From Bilabrum cf. latius (Eukaryota), in the NCBI GenBank assembly GCA_965178125.1, contig OZ237738.1, forward strand, positions 372,001 to 436,000: DNA of 64,000 nucleotides. Reading direction: 5' to 3'. Under the pieces are notes generated by a model. It ran no database searches and was not told the origin of the DNA. It saw only the letters and a program-made list of their open reading frames with translations. The first letter of the stretch is position 1. Each line of letters starts with the position of its first letter. The translations under genes and the position numbers were made by a program. Below, one piece after another: positions 39,378-52,043 of this stretch.

Positions 39378-41610
39378 TCACCTCCGTCTCGACCTGGATC
39401 CTGCCCTCTTACTGGCCGACTTCTTGGCAGATGCCTTGGGCTTCGCGCTCGCACTGGCCCTGCGGAACCCACCCACGGCCTCGCTCTCCCCGGGGCTGAC
39501 GGACGATCCAAAGGTGCGTGAGTTTCGGCGGCCCCTGGCAGCGGCACGACTCGCTGACGCGACCTTAGGGTTGGATTTGCCTTTCGATTTGCTCTGGCTC
39601 GACTTGGGTGCGGCGGGAGGGGGCGTGGCTGTGGCTGCCCTGCTCCTGCCCTTTGCGACCGGTGCCGGGGACTCTTTGCGCCCCGGAGTTCGCTTCGATT
39701 GCCTGGCCCTAGACGAGGCGCGACCAGCCGATCCCTTGCTACTACTGCTACGGGTTGGGGTTCTGCGAGTCTCCTTGTTCTTCTTCTCGGCCGAGCTCGG
39801 TCCTGAAACGAAGGTGTCACCACCATCCATTGCGTACGTTTGGCTGCCAGTTGAGCCAGGCTGCTTCGGTTCCTTCCCGCTGCCGTGGTTTCCAGCGGGC
39901 TTCCTGATCGGAGTGGTTTGCATGCTGTACCGACGACTCTTTGTATTGTTGTTGGTCTTCCTGGCTGGGGGAGAGTATATGGGATACTTGCGACTGCCCG
40001 TGCTCGACACGCTGCTGCGTCTGCTGTCCGGTTCGACAACTTCCTCCTCCTGCTCCTCTTCCTCTTCCTCCTCGCTCTCGTTCTCGCTCTCGCTCTCTTC
40101 ATCTCTCGGCCCAGGGATGGTCAGCACCTGCATCCCGATCGCATCAGCGATCCCCACGCTTGTGCCAGCACCAAAGGTCAGGCAGCTGGCCGATGTCACC
40201 AGCAGGACGCCCCACACGGTCACATCGCCGGGTGTCACCCCGCCGTACAATTTAGTGCCCATGCCGCTGGGGAACAGCGCGAAGGCCAGCCCGGGCATGC
40301 AAGCCACCGCAACCGAAACCCAGGGGTGTCTCACCTCCTCCATGCACAGGTGGGCCCGCATGATGCGCCCGTTGTACTCCGCGAAGGCCATCCCGATGGA
40401 AGTGAGCACCGCGATGGAATTCTCCGGGGAAATGAAGAAGGAGCCCGCGATGGCCGCTCCGGATAGGATCACGATGGGGAGGAGGCGCTCGAGCGCGGCC
40501 GTTGTTCCTCCAGCGACGTGACCCTCATCTTCGTCCTCGTCCTCGTCTTCGTCTTCGCTGTCGATGTGGCTGCAGCGGCGGCGGTGACGGCGGCCCCGCC
40601 TGGCCCGTGCCAGTTGGGCCGCGTGCTTGCGGTCCATTTCCCGCACCACTGTCCATATGGCCTCGAGGAGGGTGACGAGCCCGCCGGCCAGGAAGACGAC
40701 GAGACACACCTGCAGCATGGTCCAGCCCCCGAGGCTATCCTGCGGTGCGTGCCACAGCTCCTTACCGACGATCGCGGTGATGAGGTGGCCGACCACGATG
40801 AGGATGATGCCTTCGTTGGGCCCGTTGATGACCGGCAGGACGAACTTGGCCGTGTGGTACTCCTCCCAGCTGGCCGCCAGGAAGGCCACGTTTGGGGCCA
40901 CCCACATGATGGCCTGCTGCCAAGGCTCGCTGGCTCGGATAGTTGCCATCAAGATGAACGTAGAGAGCTGCGGGGATTTGCAATTGCGGCGATTAGTGCT
41001 TCAATGGACACAATCAGCTGAGAGTGTTTGAAGCTGAGTTCTGCGCATGGACGTGGGGACTGGTCGACTCACCACGCCCGAGTTGATGGCGTCACAAAAG
41101 TGATCGAAAAATGCCCCCAGTGGACTGCCTGTACCAGTTCGCCTAGCCTGTTTGCCATCCATGTTGTCAAGTGTTTGGTATGACAGCAAGCAGACGGCCG
41201 CCAAAACCGCAACCACTTGACTCGAAAGCCCCCCTTCTGCATTCACCTACCATTCCCACATTGAAACTATGTAAGAAAAGACGATGAGCGCGAGTCCAGA
41301 CAGGGTGATCGCATTTGGTCTGCGCGATGAGAAGACTCCGATCACGAATATTAAGAAGCACGAAATGCCCTCCTTGCGCGAACTCAAGTAAGCTTTAGTG
41401 CGCAAGTAACTACTCTGCGAACAACCATACGCATTCGCGCAACAAGATCCCAGCTCACGCCACTGTCAGAGGTACAAAAGCATCGACGCATCTCTACGCT
41501 AGCCCGGACAAAAAATACTTGTAGAGAAAGGATCGATCCTCAGCGTTATACTTATAGTTTCGTAACGCATGCTTTCCATGCTTGCTGATCAAAATATCAT
41601 CATCCGCCAT
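39378..41610 (-). CDS. CDP-alcohol phosphatidyltransferase (choline/ethanolamine phosphotransferase, CEPT/EPT-like) with long basic low-complexity tail
   Basis: YKYNAEDRSFLY...VAPNAITLSG; signature DNMDGKQARRTGTGSPLGAFFDHFCD; WEEYHT...NGPNEG. Introns 41320-41458 and 40968-41072; TAG at 41494 and ~41247; ends TGA. Confidence 0.9.
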
Positions 41611-41765
41611 GGCAAGCATCGTAGTTGCCGGAGCTTGCAAACGGGCCGCCAAACTCGGCGCCGCGCACTGGCGTCTGGAGGTTCCGCTATTGACCACACA
41701 GCCCCACCGGGCCTTTGCTAGCAAGTAACTCAAGGGAAATGGCAGCAAGTTCGCGCAGATGCTCC

Positions 41766-42291
41766 ATGGCGGTTGGTTCACTTATGAGAAAGCATTCGCA
41801 GAGAGCTCTTAAGAAACTGCGCGGCCACCCTGCTGTATGGAGGCATAGGCTCGGCCTACCAAAGGAACGCGCAACTCCGGAGCCCCTCAAGTGAGCCTCA
41901 CGGCTGCATACTTGTGTCGCAACTGATATTTGCTAGTTTTTATAATAATGCGCTGCTATTGCATTCTTTCTAACGCAGGTGGTCACCAAAACCAGTTGAG
42001 ATCCCTTTCCATGGTTGGGTGCCCCCGTCAGGCGAAACTCCTGACGGCGTCCCGTTCGTTGTTGACCGCACGGCGAAAGGAAAGTCTGTGCCCGTGTATA
42101 GAGATATTAGGCACGGTCGCACGAAGGTATACACTGTGTTGCGAAGGTACCGGGGCGACGAGAAGGTGCTAGCTGAGGAGCTTTCCAAGGTTTGCTACGG
42201 GGAGCCCGTCGATATCCGACCCGGCCGACTCTAGGTGCCAGGGGACCATAAAGTTCGCGTTAGAAATTGGCTGTACGGCCTCGGGTTCTGA
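41766..42291 (+). CDS. MRPL49: Mitochondrial ribosomal protein mL49 (Img2-like)
   Basis: Intron 41891-41978; PFVVDRT...SVPVYRDIRHGRTKVYTVLRRYRGD. TAG at 42232 must be read through to reach the conserved end VPGDHKVRVRNWLYGLGF-TGA. Confidence 0.88.
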
Positions 42292-43470
42292 GCGACGGTG
42301 CTCTTGAGGCAGGGAGCCGGCAGGTTGAGGCTGCTCTGCCTCACGGATGAGCTGCGGGTGCGGGGCCAAATTGAACGACTTTCTCACAAACCAGCAGCAT
42401 GCCCCACGCCCGGTTGTATGTGATTCTTTCCAGAGAATTGCTTGTGAACCAACGGAGCGCACGTCGGGGCGCAGTTACAAACCTTTTCTGCTGTGTACTC
42501 CCAGGCTGGGCTGCCACCTTGCATTTGGGCTGCCTGTGGGCTGGCTGATAGCCCATGCAGGTCCCACCGTGATTGCGCAGACGTGTTACACCATGAAAGT
42601 TGCCGGTATGAGCCCATGGTGTCGTTCTGTGTAGGAATGAGAGCGCCGTGAGGGCACCGGACGGGGTGCGACCACGTCAAGTCGGAACGTGGCCTTGCGA
42701 CTACCAGTTTGAATAAAATGCAGAAGAGATGCATCGAAGTGGTAGTTGATGGATGAAATTTGTCATTTCCGCGTCGATTATGGTTGGAGGTCTTCTGTGG
42801 AGGGAGTAATTGCTGCTTCGGGAAAACCGGGCAAGTGCTCAGCCGCGATTTCGACCCGGCGTGTCTTGTCCGTGAAGGCTTCCTGGGACAAACTCTCGAT
42901 CAAATCGGCGACTCATACAAACAATCAACTAGTTGGACCACCACGCGGTTCTGTAATGCCAGCAGGTCGCGTTCAAGAGCATGCCACTTTTTTTGGTGCA
43001 AAACAGAACTCGGAGCGAGCAAATCGTGCGGATCCGCGACCGAGCAGCACGACGCTATTCACTCTTTTAGGCAACTATTCCAAGTAATACTGAGTCTAAT
43101 CGAAGCAGACGATTTGCATTGACCTGTACCTTCACGGCTAGTACCCTACCAGCGATAATGTCATCAACACGTGCGGATTCCGTCACTCCGCTAAGCATGC
43201 CGAAACCCACTACTATATCGGTATCATTCGAGCAATCTCAGCCAAAGCTGGAATCAGTACGTGAGATAGATATAGTGTATACCTCATGCTGGCTTTGGGC
43301 TGCTAAGCAGCCTTCAAACAACCGTGCTGCATGCAATTCGTCGAGAATGCTTGAATTCGCTGTCCTACTTTGAACGCAATTCGTCTGGAAGTCGCGAAGC
43401 GCGTCCCATATGTCGACTAGTCTGGTTCTTCATTATAATTCTTGTACAGCTACCGTTTTCGCCTGCGCAG

Positions 43471-45596
43471 CGTTCGCTCAAACCGAGAAGTTGGACAGGA
43501 AGCTACCCAGCATCCTGTAGTTGCGAGCAGCGATCCATGAGCGCAAGAAGTACGTGGTCAACTCTTGGCACTTGGACGGATCGCACGGCTGGCTTCAATT
43601 GGTTGAAAATGAAGTCCCAGAAGGGCTGAAAGGCATCGCCAACCGTAGAGTGTACGCACACCACACCGCCGTGCTTCTAGACGACCCCCGGTGCTCTGTG
43701 CTGGCAGCGGGACAAATCGTTGAGTGTTCCATGGGCCCTAATCCGGCTGCTGAGTACTCAGATTAGCCTCTTGTCGCCGCTGATGTTCAGATGGTAGGAG
43801 GTGGCGCCCTCAGCGGGTCTCCACGGAGGACGGGCCCGGACCTCCCGCAGCCTCGGCACACCAAGCACCGAGGCAACTACAACTGCCCCAAGCTGGCGCG
43901 CCCGCCTCGTACGAGAACAAAGGCCAAGCGGTCTCCTCCTGAGCTCATGCGGCGCGTGCACTGCGCGTGGGAGGCAGGCCCGCTCACCGAATTGGAGGGC
44001 GAGGACGAGCGCGACTCATTCGGCGAAGCGGGACAAGTGCCCCAGCTCAAGCCGGGGGCAGCAGCAACACAAGTCGAGGCCTCCATTCTGGGCCAGTTCG
44101 ATCCTCCAATGAGCCCCCGCAGCCATGCCGGCCCCTGTGCACGGCAGCCAATCATCTGCGGGACTCCTGCCGCCGGGTGGAAGGTGCTGTCCGGCGAGTG
44201 CACCCCCATGCAGTGCACCCCAGGCGGGGCCTCCCTCGGATCATCCACCGTACAGCGCACGCCCCTCGCCCGTGTCTCCGCCAGCGGCCCGGACAGCCCC
44301 GGCGCCTGGGACGCTCTCACTGTGAGCACCCAGCTGACCAGCACAAGCGCGAGGAGCAGGGACAGGGAGGGCTCGCTGGACCGGGCCTGGACCGAGAGCG
44401 ACGGGACGTCGACCACGCCACAGCTGCTGGAAGGTGGCAGCGACAGCCTGCATGCAATTGAGTGGGCGGCGCTTCCCTCCCAAGAGGGCGCCGGGGATGT
44501 GGTGCACGCCGGTGGCGTGCCCTTCCGCAACATGCCACCCGTCCCGACCCACCATGTGCGGTTCACCAACGGCCAGCCACTTGTCCGGGTCGTGCGGTCG
44601 CCCCTCGAGGCAGATGCAGCCCCTCCCGCACCTCCAGGACTTGGTGTGCGGGTGCAAGCAAGTGCAGAGCGTGCGCCGCCCGATGTGTTCCCTACGCCCC
44701 ACATGGCCGCCCATCTGCGAGCTGCAAGTCAGGCTCGACGGGAGGTGCGCCATCCCAGGCCCTGGCCACAGCCCGCGCCTCGGGCGGATCCCGGGACGGT
44801 CCAGTCGCCGTGGACCTCAAAGGACGCCATGCACAGCGGGCCGTTTGATGAGTGCACGGCCGCTCCAGCCCCGGTGTCCCCGCACTCGCGCGGGATGAGG
44901 CGCAGCTCGCTCAGCAGTGACTACGGTGGGCTGTGGGAGCTGGCAGCCGTGGACGGCGTCGCTGGGCGCTGGCTGGAGGAGGAGCTCAAGACCGCCCATG
45001 TGATGGGTAGTAACGGCGACAATGACGCTGCCCCTGCTGCCAGCGGTGCTGGGCGAGGGGGGGCGGGCACCAGAGGAGGAGCACCAGCACCTCCACCGGC
45101 ACCCCTGCCATACGGCGAGCTGCACAGGAGGCAAAGGGAGCTCACGAAGTAGCAAAAGATGGAGCGAAGGAGCTAGCAGAGGAGGAGGAATAACATCGTG
45201 AATGGTCCCGCGGTGCAGTGCCAGTGGGGAGCCACCCAGGAGGAGGAGGAGGAGGAGGAGGAGGAGGAGGTAGAGGCGGGCAGCTGCGTAGCTACTGCCC
45301 GTCACGCAGCCGGCCAAGTCGAAGGCAACCACGGGCGCGGTGCACCGGTGGAGCAAGGCACGGTGCCAGCCCCCGCCGCCCCCAGAGCGCAGCAGGTGGC
45401 CGGGGTCCGTCTCCCGGCACAGCCGGACGACATGTCGGAGCGGGAGCGGCAGTGCCTGCTGCGGCTGCACCGCGACCACGCCGCCTCGTTCGGGGTGCAG
45501 CTGGAGCGGCTCGCTGTCGCCCTGCCGATCTCTGGCCTCATGCACCTCCAGACCTACGAGACTGCGTGGTGCCGAAGGTGCTTGGCATCCCAGTAA
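43471..45596 (+). CDS. Hypothetical protein with a divergent cold-shock/OB-fold-like domain and long disordered region (5' exons unresolved)
   Basis: Acceptor ...CCTGCGCAG at 43470. ORFs 43521, 43791 and 45198 share one frame joined by TAGs and end in TAA. VNSWH...HGWLQ...RVYAHHTAV...LAAGQIVECSM...LVAADV resembles CSD RNP1/RNP2 spacing. Confidence 0.6.
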
Positions 45597-45740
45597 ATCC
45601 CTCAGCTGGGACCCTGTGGCCCCAACAGGGCGGTTGAAAGCTCCGCATTCGTTGAAACTGTGAATCTCAAAATACACGCTACATTACTATCAGTTGCAGC
45701 TTCTGGCACTGTTTGGGCTCTACAGGAGCTCTACGGCGAT

Positions 45741-46311
45741 ATGGAGAAGCCTCAAGTATCATTTGATGAAGAGGGAAGAATAAGGGTACTGGACCCGGAG
45801 AAGTTCAGGCAGACAGAGCAGCTTGAAAGCGAATGCCGCTCCTTTGTGCAGAGTGAGGCGATTTTAGTTCCAACAGCTATGAGGCTGTCATGCTTCCAGT
45901 AGGCCACCGAATGCCACATCCCCGTTGAATTTTGTGTATCGCAGAAATAAGATAGTTTAGCGAGGGTGTTCACGGGATCTTGGAGATCCTGCGGGCCCAA
46001 GCGAAAAGTATTGAATCGGCTAAATTGCGGGTGAGGCAAGAACCGCCACCGCAACAGAGCAGTAACACTCACGACAGCCTCACATTTACATTATGATGGC
46101 TGGTTGATCCTACGAGTCGCAGGCCCTTGGACAGCGTATTTTGCATTCGAGCGAAGCCGACAACAGAAGGCGAAAAAAGGAGCAGCTGGAAGCGTTGATC
46201 GCGGAGAAATAGGCAGAGCTCGAGAGGCTTCGAGTTGAGCATGAAAGTTTGGAGGCGATCGAGAAGGAACAGGTCAAGACAATTGAGAAGATGATGAATA
46301 ACGAGATTTGA
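45741..46311 (+). CDS. IFT20: Intraflagellar transport protein 20
   Basis: MEKPQVSFDEEGRIRVLDPEKF; introns 45853-45944 and 46031-46122 (92 nt each); KIR*FSEGV...AKLR|ALGQR...LIAEK*AELERLRVEHESL; ends TGA. Confidence 0.93.
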
Positions 46312-46485
46312 AACACTGCCAGTATAGACCAATGCCAGCGGCAACGGCAACAGTCGGCGCTTGCATCCAATGTATGAAGCTGCACATGCGAGACACCCGT
46401 CCACTGGCACAGCCACAGCTTGCCAGCAGAGCACTCATCTCGGAGGCATGGCTCCTTGGACTCGCACGCCCTCGCCGAGACCCCG

Positions 46486-48201
46486 TCACTCCGCCTCGGC
46501 TTGCCGCCCCCTCGCCGTCTGCCTCCTTCGCCCCTTGGCCGCGTCGCCCTTCCCCGACGATGCCCCCGCACCTGCAGCTGCGCCGCTCTCCACAGAGCCA
46601 CCATTGGCCTGCCCCGCAGCCGCATCGAGCGTCCCGTTGCTGCCTGCCTCTGCCTACTTGCCCAGGGACACGGGAGCTGCCGAGGATGCTGCCTGCCTCC
46701 AGCGCGCCATCCACTCGTCACACACCTTGGCGGCCATGGCCACCTCCGCCTGCTCCCTGGGAAAATCGCCCCCGAGCGCGGCGGCGAGCTTGCCCCGGTG
46801 CGAGACCCACTTCACGTCTCCCCTGACCCTCGCCGCAGACAGCACCCCCAGGCGGACGAGGGCGTCGGCACCCCTCGCCAACTTGACGTTGAAGCCAGAG
46901 AGGTATGGCCGGATCACGGGCTCGATGAGCACAGCCACTTTCATAAACCAGGGGGTCAGCTCGGTGGCCACGAAGCCGGGGCACATGACCATGGACCGCA
47001 TGGTCGAGGTGGAGGAGGACGAGGAAGAGGATGGCGGCGAAGATCCCGCACCCCTGCGCTGCGACTCGCCGCCTTGTTCCCTGGCATCTGACTGTTCCCT
47101 GAGCCTCCTGTCCAGCTCCACGTTAAGCATGTCCACCACGTACTTTGCCTCCCCGTAGCTTTCGCAGTGGCGAGGGGGGGCAGGAGCTCGATGCCCTCCG
47201 TCGCCCGCTCCAGCAGTGGCACTGGACTCACTTGACGCTGCCCCCACCTGCGGGACCTGGACCGAGATGGCATCCCAGTTCCTGAAATGCTTGGAAGCCG
47301 CCCGGCTGGAGGTCCAAATCACCCTGGCACCGCCCCCGCCCGCCAGTTCCCTGTCGTCCAGCCACAAGCCCTCTCCCTCCCTCGTCAGCCCGTTGAAGGC
47401 CCAGTCGCCCCCCCCCTGAGCAAGCACGTCACGGCGGGTGGGCTGTTCCCTGTCGCGGTCGCTCTTGTCGATCCCAGAGGAGTCCACCACGGGAACGCGG
47501 CCTCGCTTGAGCACGCCCGAGGCGAGCAGCTGCTCGGTGAGGAACAGGTGGCCGAGCACGTGCGTCGAGAAGAGGAAGGGAGCGCCCCCCGTGGTGGGGG
47601 CCCGGTCGTGGGCCTCGAGCGGCTGGGGCAGCGTGTGGGGAGAGTCTCGCGAGGAGCGGCCGGTCTCCAAAAAGTAGCCGAGGTTGCCGTTCCCAAGGGC
47701 CTCGAAAAAAGTGAGAGTGCGCACGTGCGACGTGGGCATGATGCCCGCGTTGAGGTACAGGAGGTCCACGCGTGGGAGCCTCCGCTCTATTTCTTTGGCA
47801 GCCGAAGCAACAGACCCCGGACTTGAGACGTCAATTAGAATGAGGATGGGAGGCGGCGCGCCCCCTTCCTCTGCGCAAGTCTTCACGCGCACGAGCGCCT
47901 TGGTGCCGCGCTGTCGCGATCGGCAGCCCAGCGCAACCTTCACGCCACATCGTGCGAGAGTCTCTGCGAGTTCCAGGCCGATGCCGCTGTTTGCACCAGT
48001 AATGAACGCGATCAGGCCATCTGAAGAACTCCGTACCACCTGGCGCAGGCGTCTCTGCGCCAGCTTTCGCTAGGCAGCTTCATAGGAATCTAGCTCGCTG
48101 CCACGGTAGGCGAGAACCAGAGCGATCAATCCCACCAATGCAAGCAGGCCAAAAACTAAGTAGTGAACCAGACCCACAGGTTCCGTGCCATCCATCGCCA
48201 T
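46486..48201 (-). CDS. SDR-family 3-ketosteroid reductase (HSD17B7/ERG27-like) with N-terminal membrane anchor
   Basis: ITGANSGIG, DLLYLNAGIMP, FSTHVLGH, VIWTSS, YGEAK (YxxxK), CPGFVAT. The hydrophobic N-terminus joins through TAG 48070; read-through of TAG 46654 reaches TGA 46486. Confidence 0.8.
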
Positions 48202-48444
48202 GCAATTGTGGTCGGTGGATCTTAATCCGTTTGCTGCAGCCAATGATGCAGTGCACTGCCGGCACTGGCAGTGCCAGTGGCAGTGCCAGCAGCCTGAGGT
48301 GAGGTGTGCAGCATGCCTGTAATGTGATGCTGCGTGTGCAAATGTGGGGCTGGGCGGCGATCGACACGAGATGCAGTGATCAAATCCGTAAATCTGCGTC
48401 CAAACCATAAGCAAGCGCTATGCGTACCGGCCACGCAGCCGGTT

Positions 48445-50178
48445 TCATCCACTTCCGCCCCGCCCTGCTCCCATGGGCGTAGTGAGCATCGCTGTGGAGT
48501 CGAGCAGAAACTGCGCATCATCCCGCAAGCTGCTACTGCTACTGCTGCTGCTGCTGCTGCTGCTGGCCATCCCATTCGCCGCCGCGCCACCCTCCCCATG
48601 CCCCATCCCGCTACCCCCGGCGTGTGTCCTGACAACTGATGCGCCCCCCATCCCCATCCCCATCCCCATACCCATCCCCATCCGTGCAGCAGCCGTGTGC
48701 TCCGCCTCCAGCGCATCCTGTCCCGCCGCAGCCGAGCCGTCACCGCCTTCAACCGCCGACAGCCTCGCCGCGCTCAGCACCGCCACGCCGGCCTCCTCCT
48801 CCTGGCTCAGACCGTGATGCAGGGGAGACGAGGCGAGCCCCGCTGACGCCCCGGCGAGAGCGCCCGACCGCCCACCGAGCCGCTCCGCACTGGACGGATA
48901 CGCCCCCAGACGGTCCCCCGCAGCAGCCGCAAACGCCGTGCTCGTGTCGTCCCCCAGCCCGCCGCTCCCGCCATCCCCATCCCCATCCCCATCCCCCGTG
49001 CCCGCGGAGCCCCCCATCGGCCGCTGGTTGGCAGGCGACAGGATGCCCTGAAAGCCCACCACCGGGGCCCCAGCCGAAGTTCCACCCGTGGCTGTTGCCA
49101 GCGACGGGGACTTGCTGCCTTGAGCACCTGCATCAGATGGCGAGGACGAGGAGGAGGAGGAGGACTTCCCCGTTGCTGCTGCTGCTGCTCCCCTAATCCC
49201 ATGGGCTCCAGCCACAGAGGCTCCCTTGGCCCCTGCATTCGACTTGTTGCCCCCGAGGGAGATGCCCTGCGTAGACGGGCTCTGCAGGAGGCTGGGAGAG
49301 TGGGAGCTGCGACTAGGGCCAGCGCCAGCACCGGCACCGGCGCCAGACGGGAGGCCACTGCGCGGTCCCACAGGAGGCATCTCGACCATCCGCACATGCA
49401 CCTTCTGCTACTGCTGCTGCAGCTGCTGATACTGGTGACGGTGCGGGGAACCCCCGAACGCAGTGCCCGACGTGCCCCTAGAGCCGTGGCCTGGTGACCC
49501 GCCGGCCCCGTGCCCCACCTGCCTCTACCCTTGCCGCTGCTACTGCTGCGAGTAGGATCGACCGCTCAGAGTGCCCCCCGCCCCGCCCACCGTTGCCGAG
49601 TACTACTGGGCAGCCAGCCCAGCCAATCCCGCCATCCTGCCCATCGACGCCCCCTCTACCTCCCTGGCCGCCAGCCCCGCCAGCCCCGCCATACCTATCT
49701 CCGAGGCACCGGAGACCCCCCGCTGCACTGCCAGCACAGACTGCCTGGGACCCATCCCACCCGGGCCACTTCCCACACCACCCCCAGTTTCGCCCTCAAA
49801 CCTCGCCCGCTTCGCCGCCCTGCCTCCCTGCCCCGTGCTGCGGCCATCAACGTCCTCGTCCCCTTCCCCTTCCCCATCGTCGTCCATCTCCACGCTGACG
49901 TTCCCGAAGTCGCCCCGGGCCGCCTGCGCGAGTGCCTCGAGGCCTCCCACGGCGTCCCTGTCCGCACGGGACCGCCTGCCCAGCGTCGTTGACATTCCGG
50001 CTCCGAATCCGCCGCTCGATCGACCCACGGCCACGTCGCCCCCCGGCCCCGACGAGGCGGCCCCCATGGCCGCCATGGTACGTGCTGCTGCGGAGGAGGA
50101 CCCCTCCCCGGCCATGTAAGAGGACCCGTGCACCTGATAGTACTGCTACTGCTGCTATTGCTGCTATTGCTGCTGCTA

Positions 50179-50237
<59 letters not shown>

Positions 50238-51600
50238 AGGTGTGGGGGAAGGAGGCGGGGTGCGGCCTAAAGCCCGGGAGCGCGGCCCGCCCCGCAGCAG
50301 CCGCTGCTGCCCTCCTGGCCACGTGAGGGGGTTGAGGGCTGGTGTGGTGGTGCTAGACCCCACCGGCCTGGACGGGCCCCGACCCCGACCCTGACCCTGA
50401 GCTTGAGCTCTCGCCCTGCATCTGCCCCTGCCCCGCCTGGGCAGCAGCGCTGAGTGCGAGCAGGTGCTGCTGCTGCTGCTGTTGGTGCTGTTGCTGTTGC
50501 TGTTGCTGGTAGGGCTAGGGCTGGAGCTGGGGTCGAGACCCCGCAGATGTGGACGATGCGGCCTGCGGCACCTGCGCGCCGCTGCCACTCCCGCTCCCGC
50601 TCCCGCTACCCGGGGCAGGGGGGGGCATGGGCACGATGGGGCCTGCAGGCCCGGTGTGCTCCCCCGAGATGGCCGACACCAGCACGCCCGCCTCCCTAAG
50701 TGTCTTGCGCATGCGCACTCGGTGGTCGGAGAGGGCCGTGTAGGGGGTCGGGTGCACGACCTTCCTGGCGGTGCCTGCTCGGTTCTGCTTGCGCATGACC
50801 TCGAAGTGGGACGAGACAGCCACGGTCGAGGCTCCGTTCGGGTGGGTGAACACGAAGGAGAACTGGAACGGGCGGTTGGAGTGGGCGCTGGAGATCGGAA
50901 GCTGCTTGCGAACCACCCCGATGCTCAGCCGGTTCTGCTTAAACTCTGCCGCGGTGAACTTGAGTTCCTGCGGCGGCAGCGGGCCCATCCGTCGCTCGGC
51001 GACGCAGTACACCTCCGGAGTGCGCCCATCAAAATACAAAACTTCGACGTGCACTCTAGTAGGAAGCACAACTTCTTCTAGCAGACGCTGGACCATGAGT
51101 TTTCTCTCGCTTTGCAGGTGGATCGCTTCCAAATGAAGCGATCTTGCATACCTCGGGTCCAGCTCGAACTCGAACACTTTCGGAGAGCTGTTCAGATGCT
51201 CGTCGTATCCGACTCGTTCCGAAATGTAGAGAATTTCCGGTGCATCCTGCAGCGGGAAAGCCAGCAAAGGTCCCCGCAAGGCCCGCACGCGCATGGCGCT
51301 GCCAAGCGACGCCTTTCTCTCGAAAGCAACGCTGCGATCCCACATCAAGCTGTTCTCCTGCTCAAATTCCTCCTTGGTTGGAATAGGAGAGTCTGATGTA
51401 TTCCTTGCTTGCGCTTGTTGCTCGCGGCGAGCCGCGGCAAGGCGAGGAGACCGGGCAGAAGCAAGAGATGGGCCGCTCTTGGAGGATGGGGACGACGAAC
51501 CGCTCGAGGCCCCACCATCGCTCTAGTTCCCGGAACTTCTGCCGCTTCGGGTGCTTCGAGTCGTGTGCTAAGCTCTTGACTTCGCCAGCCTCGTCGGCAT
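48445..51600 (-). CDS. PolyQ-containing ~1,051 aa protein, putative transcription factor
   Basis: ORFs 50515-51348, 49603-50133 and 48445-49401 share one frame from ATG 51600 to TGA 48445, linked by TAGs. One globular beta-rich block (~50700-51330) is followed by Q-, G- and S-rich tracts. Confidence 0.7.
50143..50238 (-). repeat. Interrupted CAG/CAA/TAG trinucleotide tract (32 codons, polyQ)
   Basis: Minus strand: TAG (CAG)18 CAA TAG CAG CAG CAA TAG CAG CAA TAG CAG CAG TAG CAG, in frame with the host gene. Confidence 0.95.
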
Positions 51601-52043
51601 GGCCCCGAGTTGCACGATAAGGGTTCCTTCGAAACCGGGCAGGTGCTGGCGCAGGTGCTTGTAGAGACACTTGGCCTGAAAATCCGGCGATACAGCGAAT
51701 TTCCGCGCTTAATCAAATCTTCCACGATACTTATTGCGAGTAGCGCTCCCTATGAAAGGGTAGGTTCGGGTGCGCGTTGGGAGAGCCGGATGGAATACTT
51801 CGGGTCCCTGCTTCGGTCGCCGATCCGGTTCCTAATACAGATTCTAGTGTATTTGCGCGTTACAAACAAGTTTACCGCCGCGGTGGCCGACAGGCAAAAA
51901 TCCATGTGAAACTAGCATTCCTGCCAATTTAAATCGGATATTAAGCAACCTAACATGATACTACATCTTAAATGCACACCTAGAGCTGATTCACTCGTGC
52001 CTGCAGCCGCCTCAGGTGCGCCGGCGTATTGTGTACCGGTGCC

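Noticed and set aside
42300-43470. Possible small multi-exon gene(s) or upstream exons between mL49 and the CSD-like gene
   Set aside because: Splice-like signals occur on both strands, but I could not build a consistent, recognisable model.
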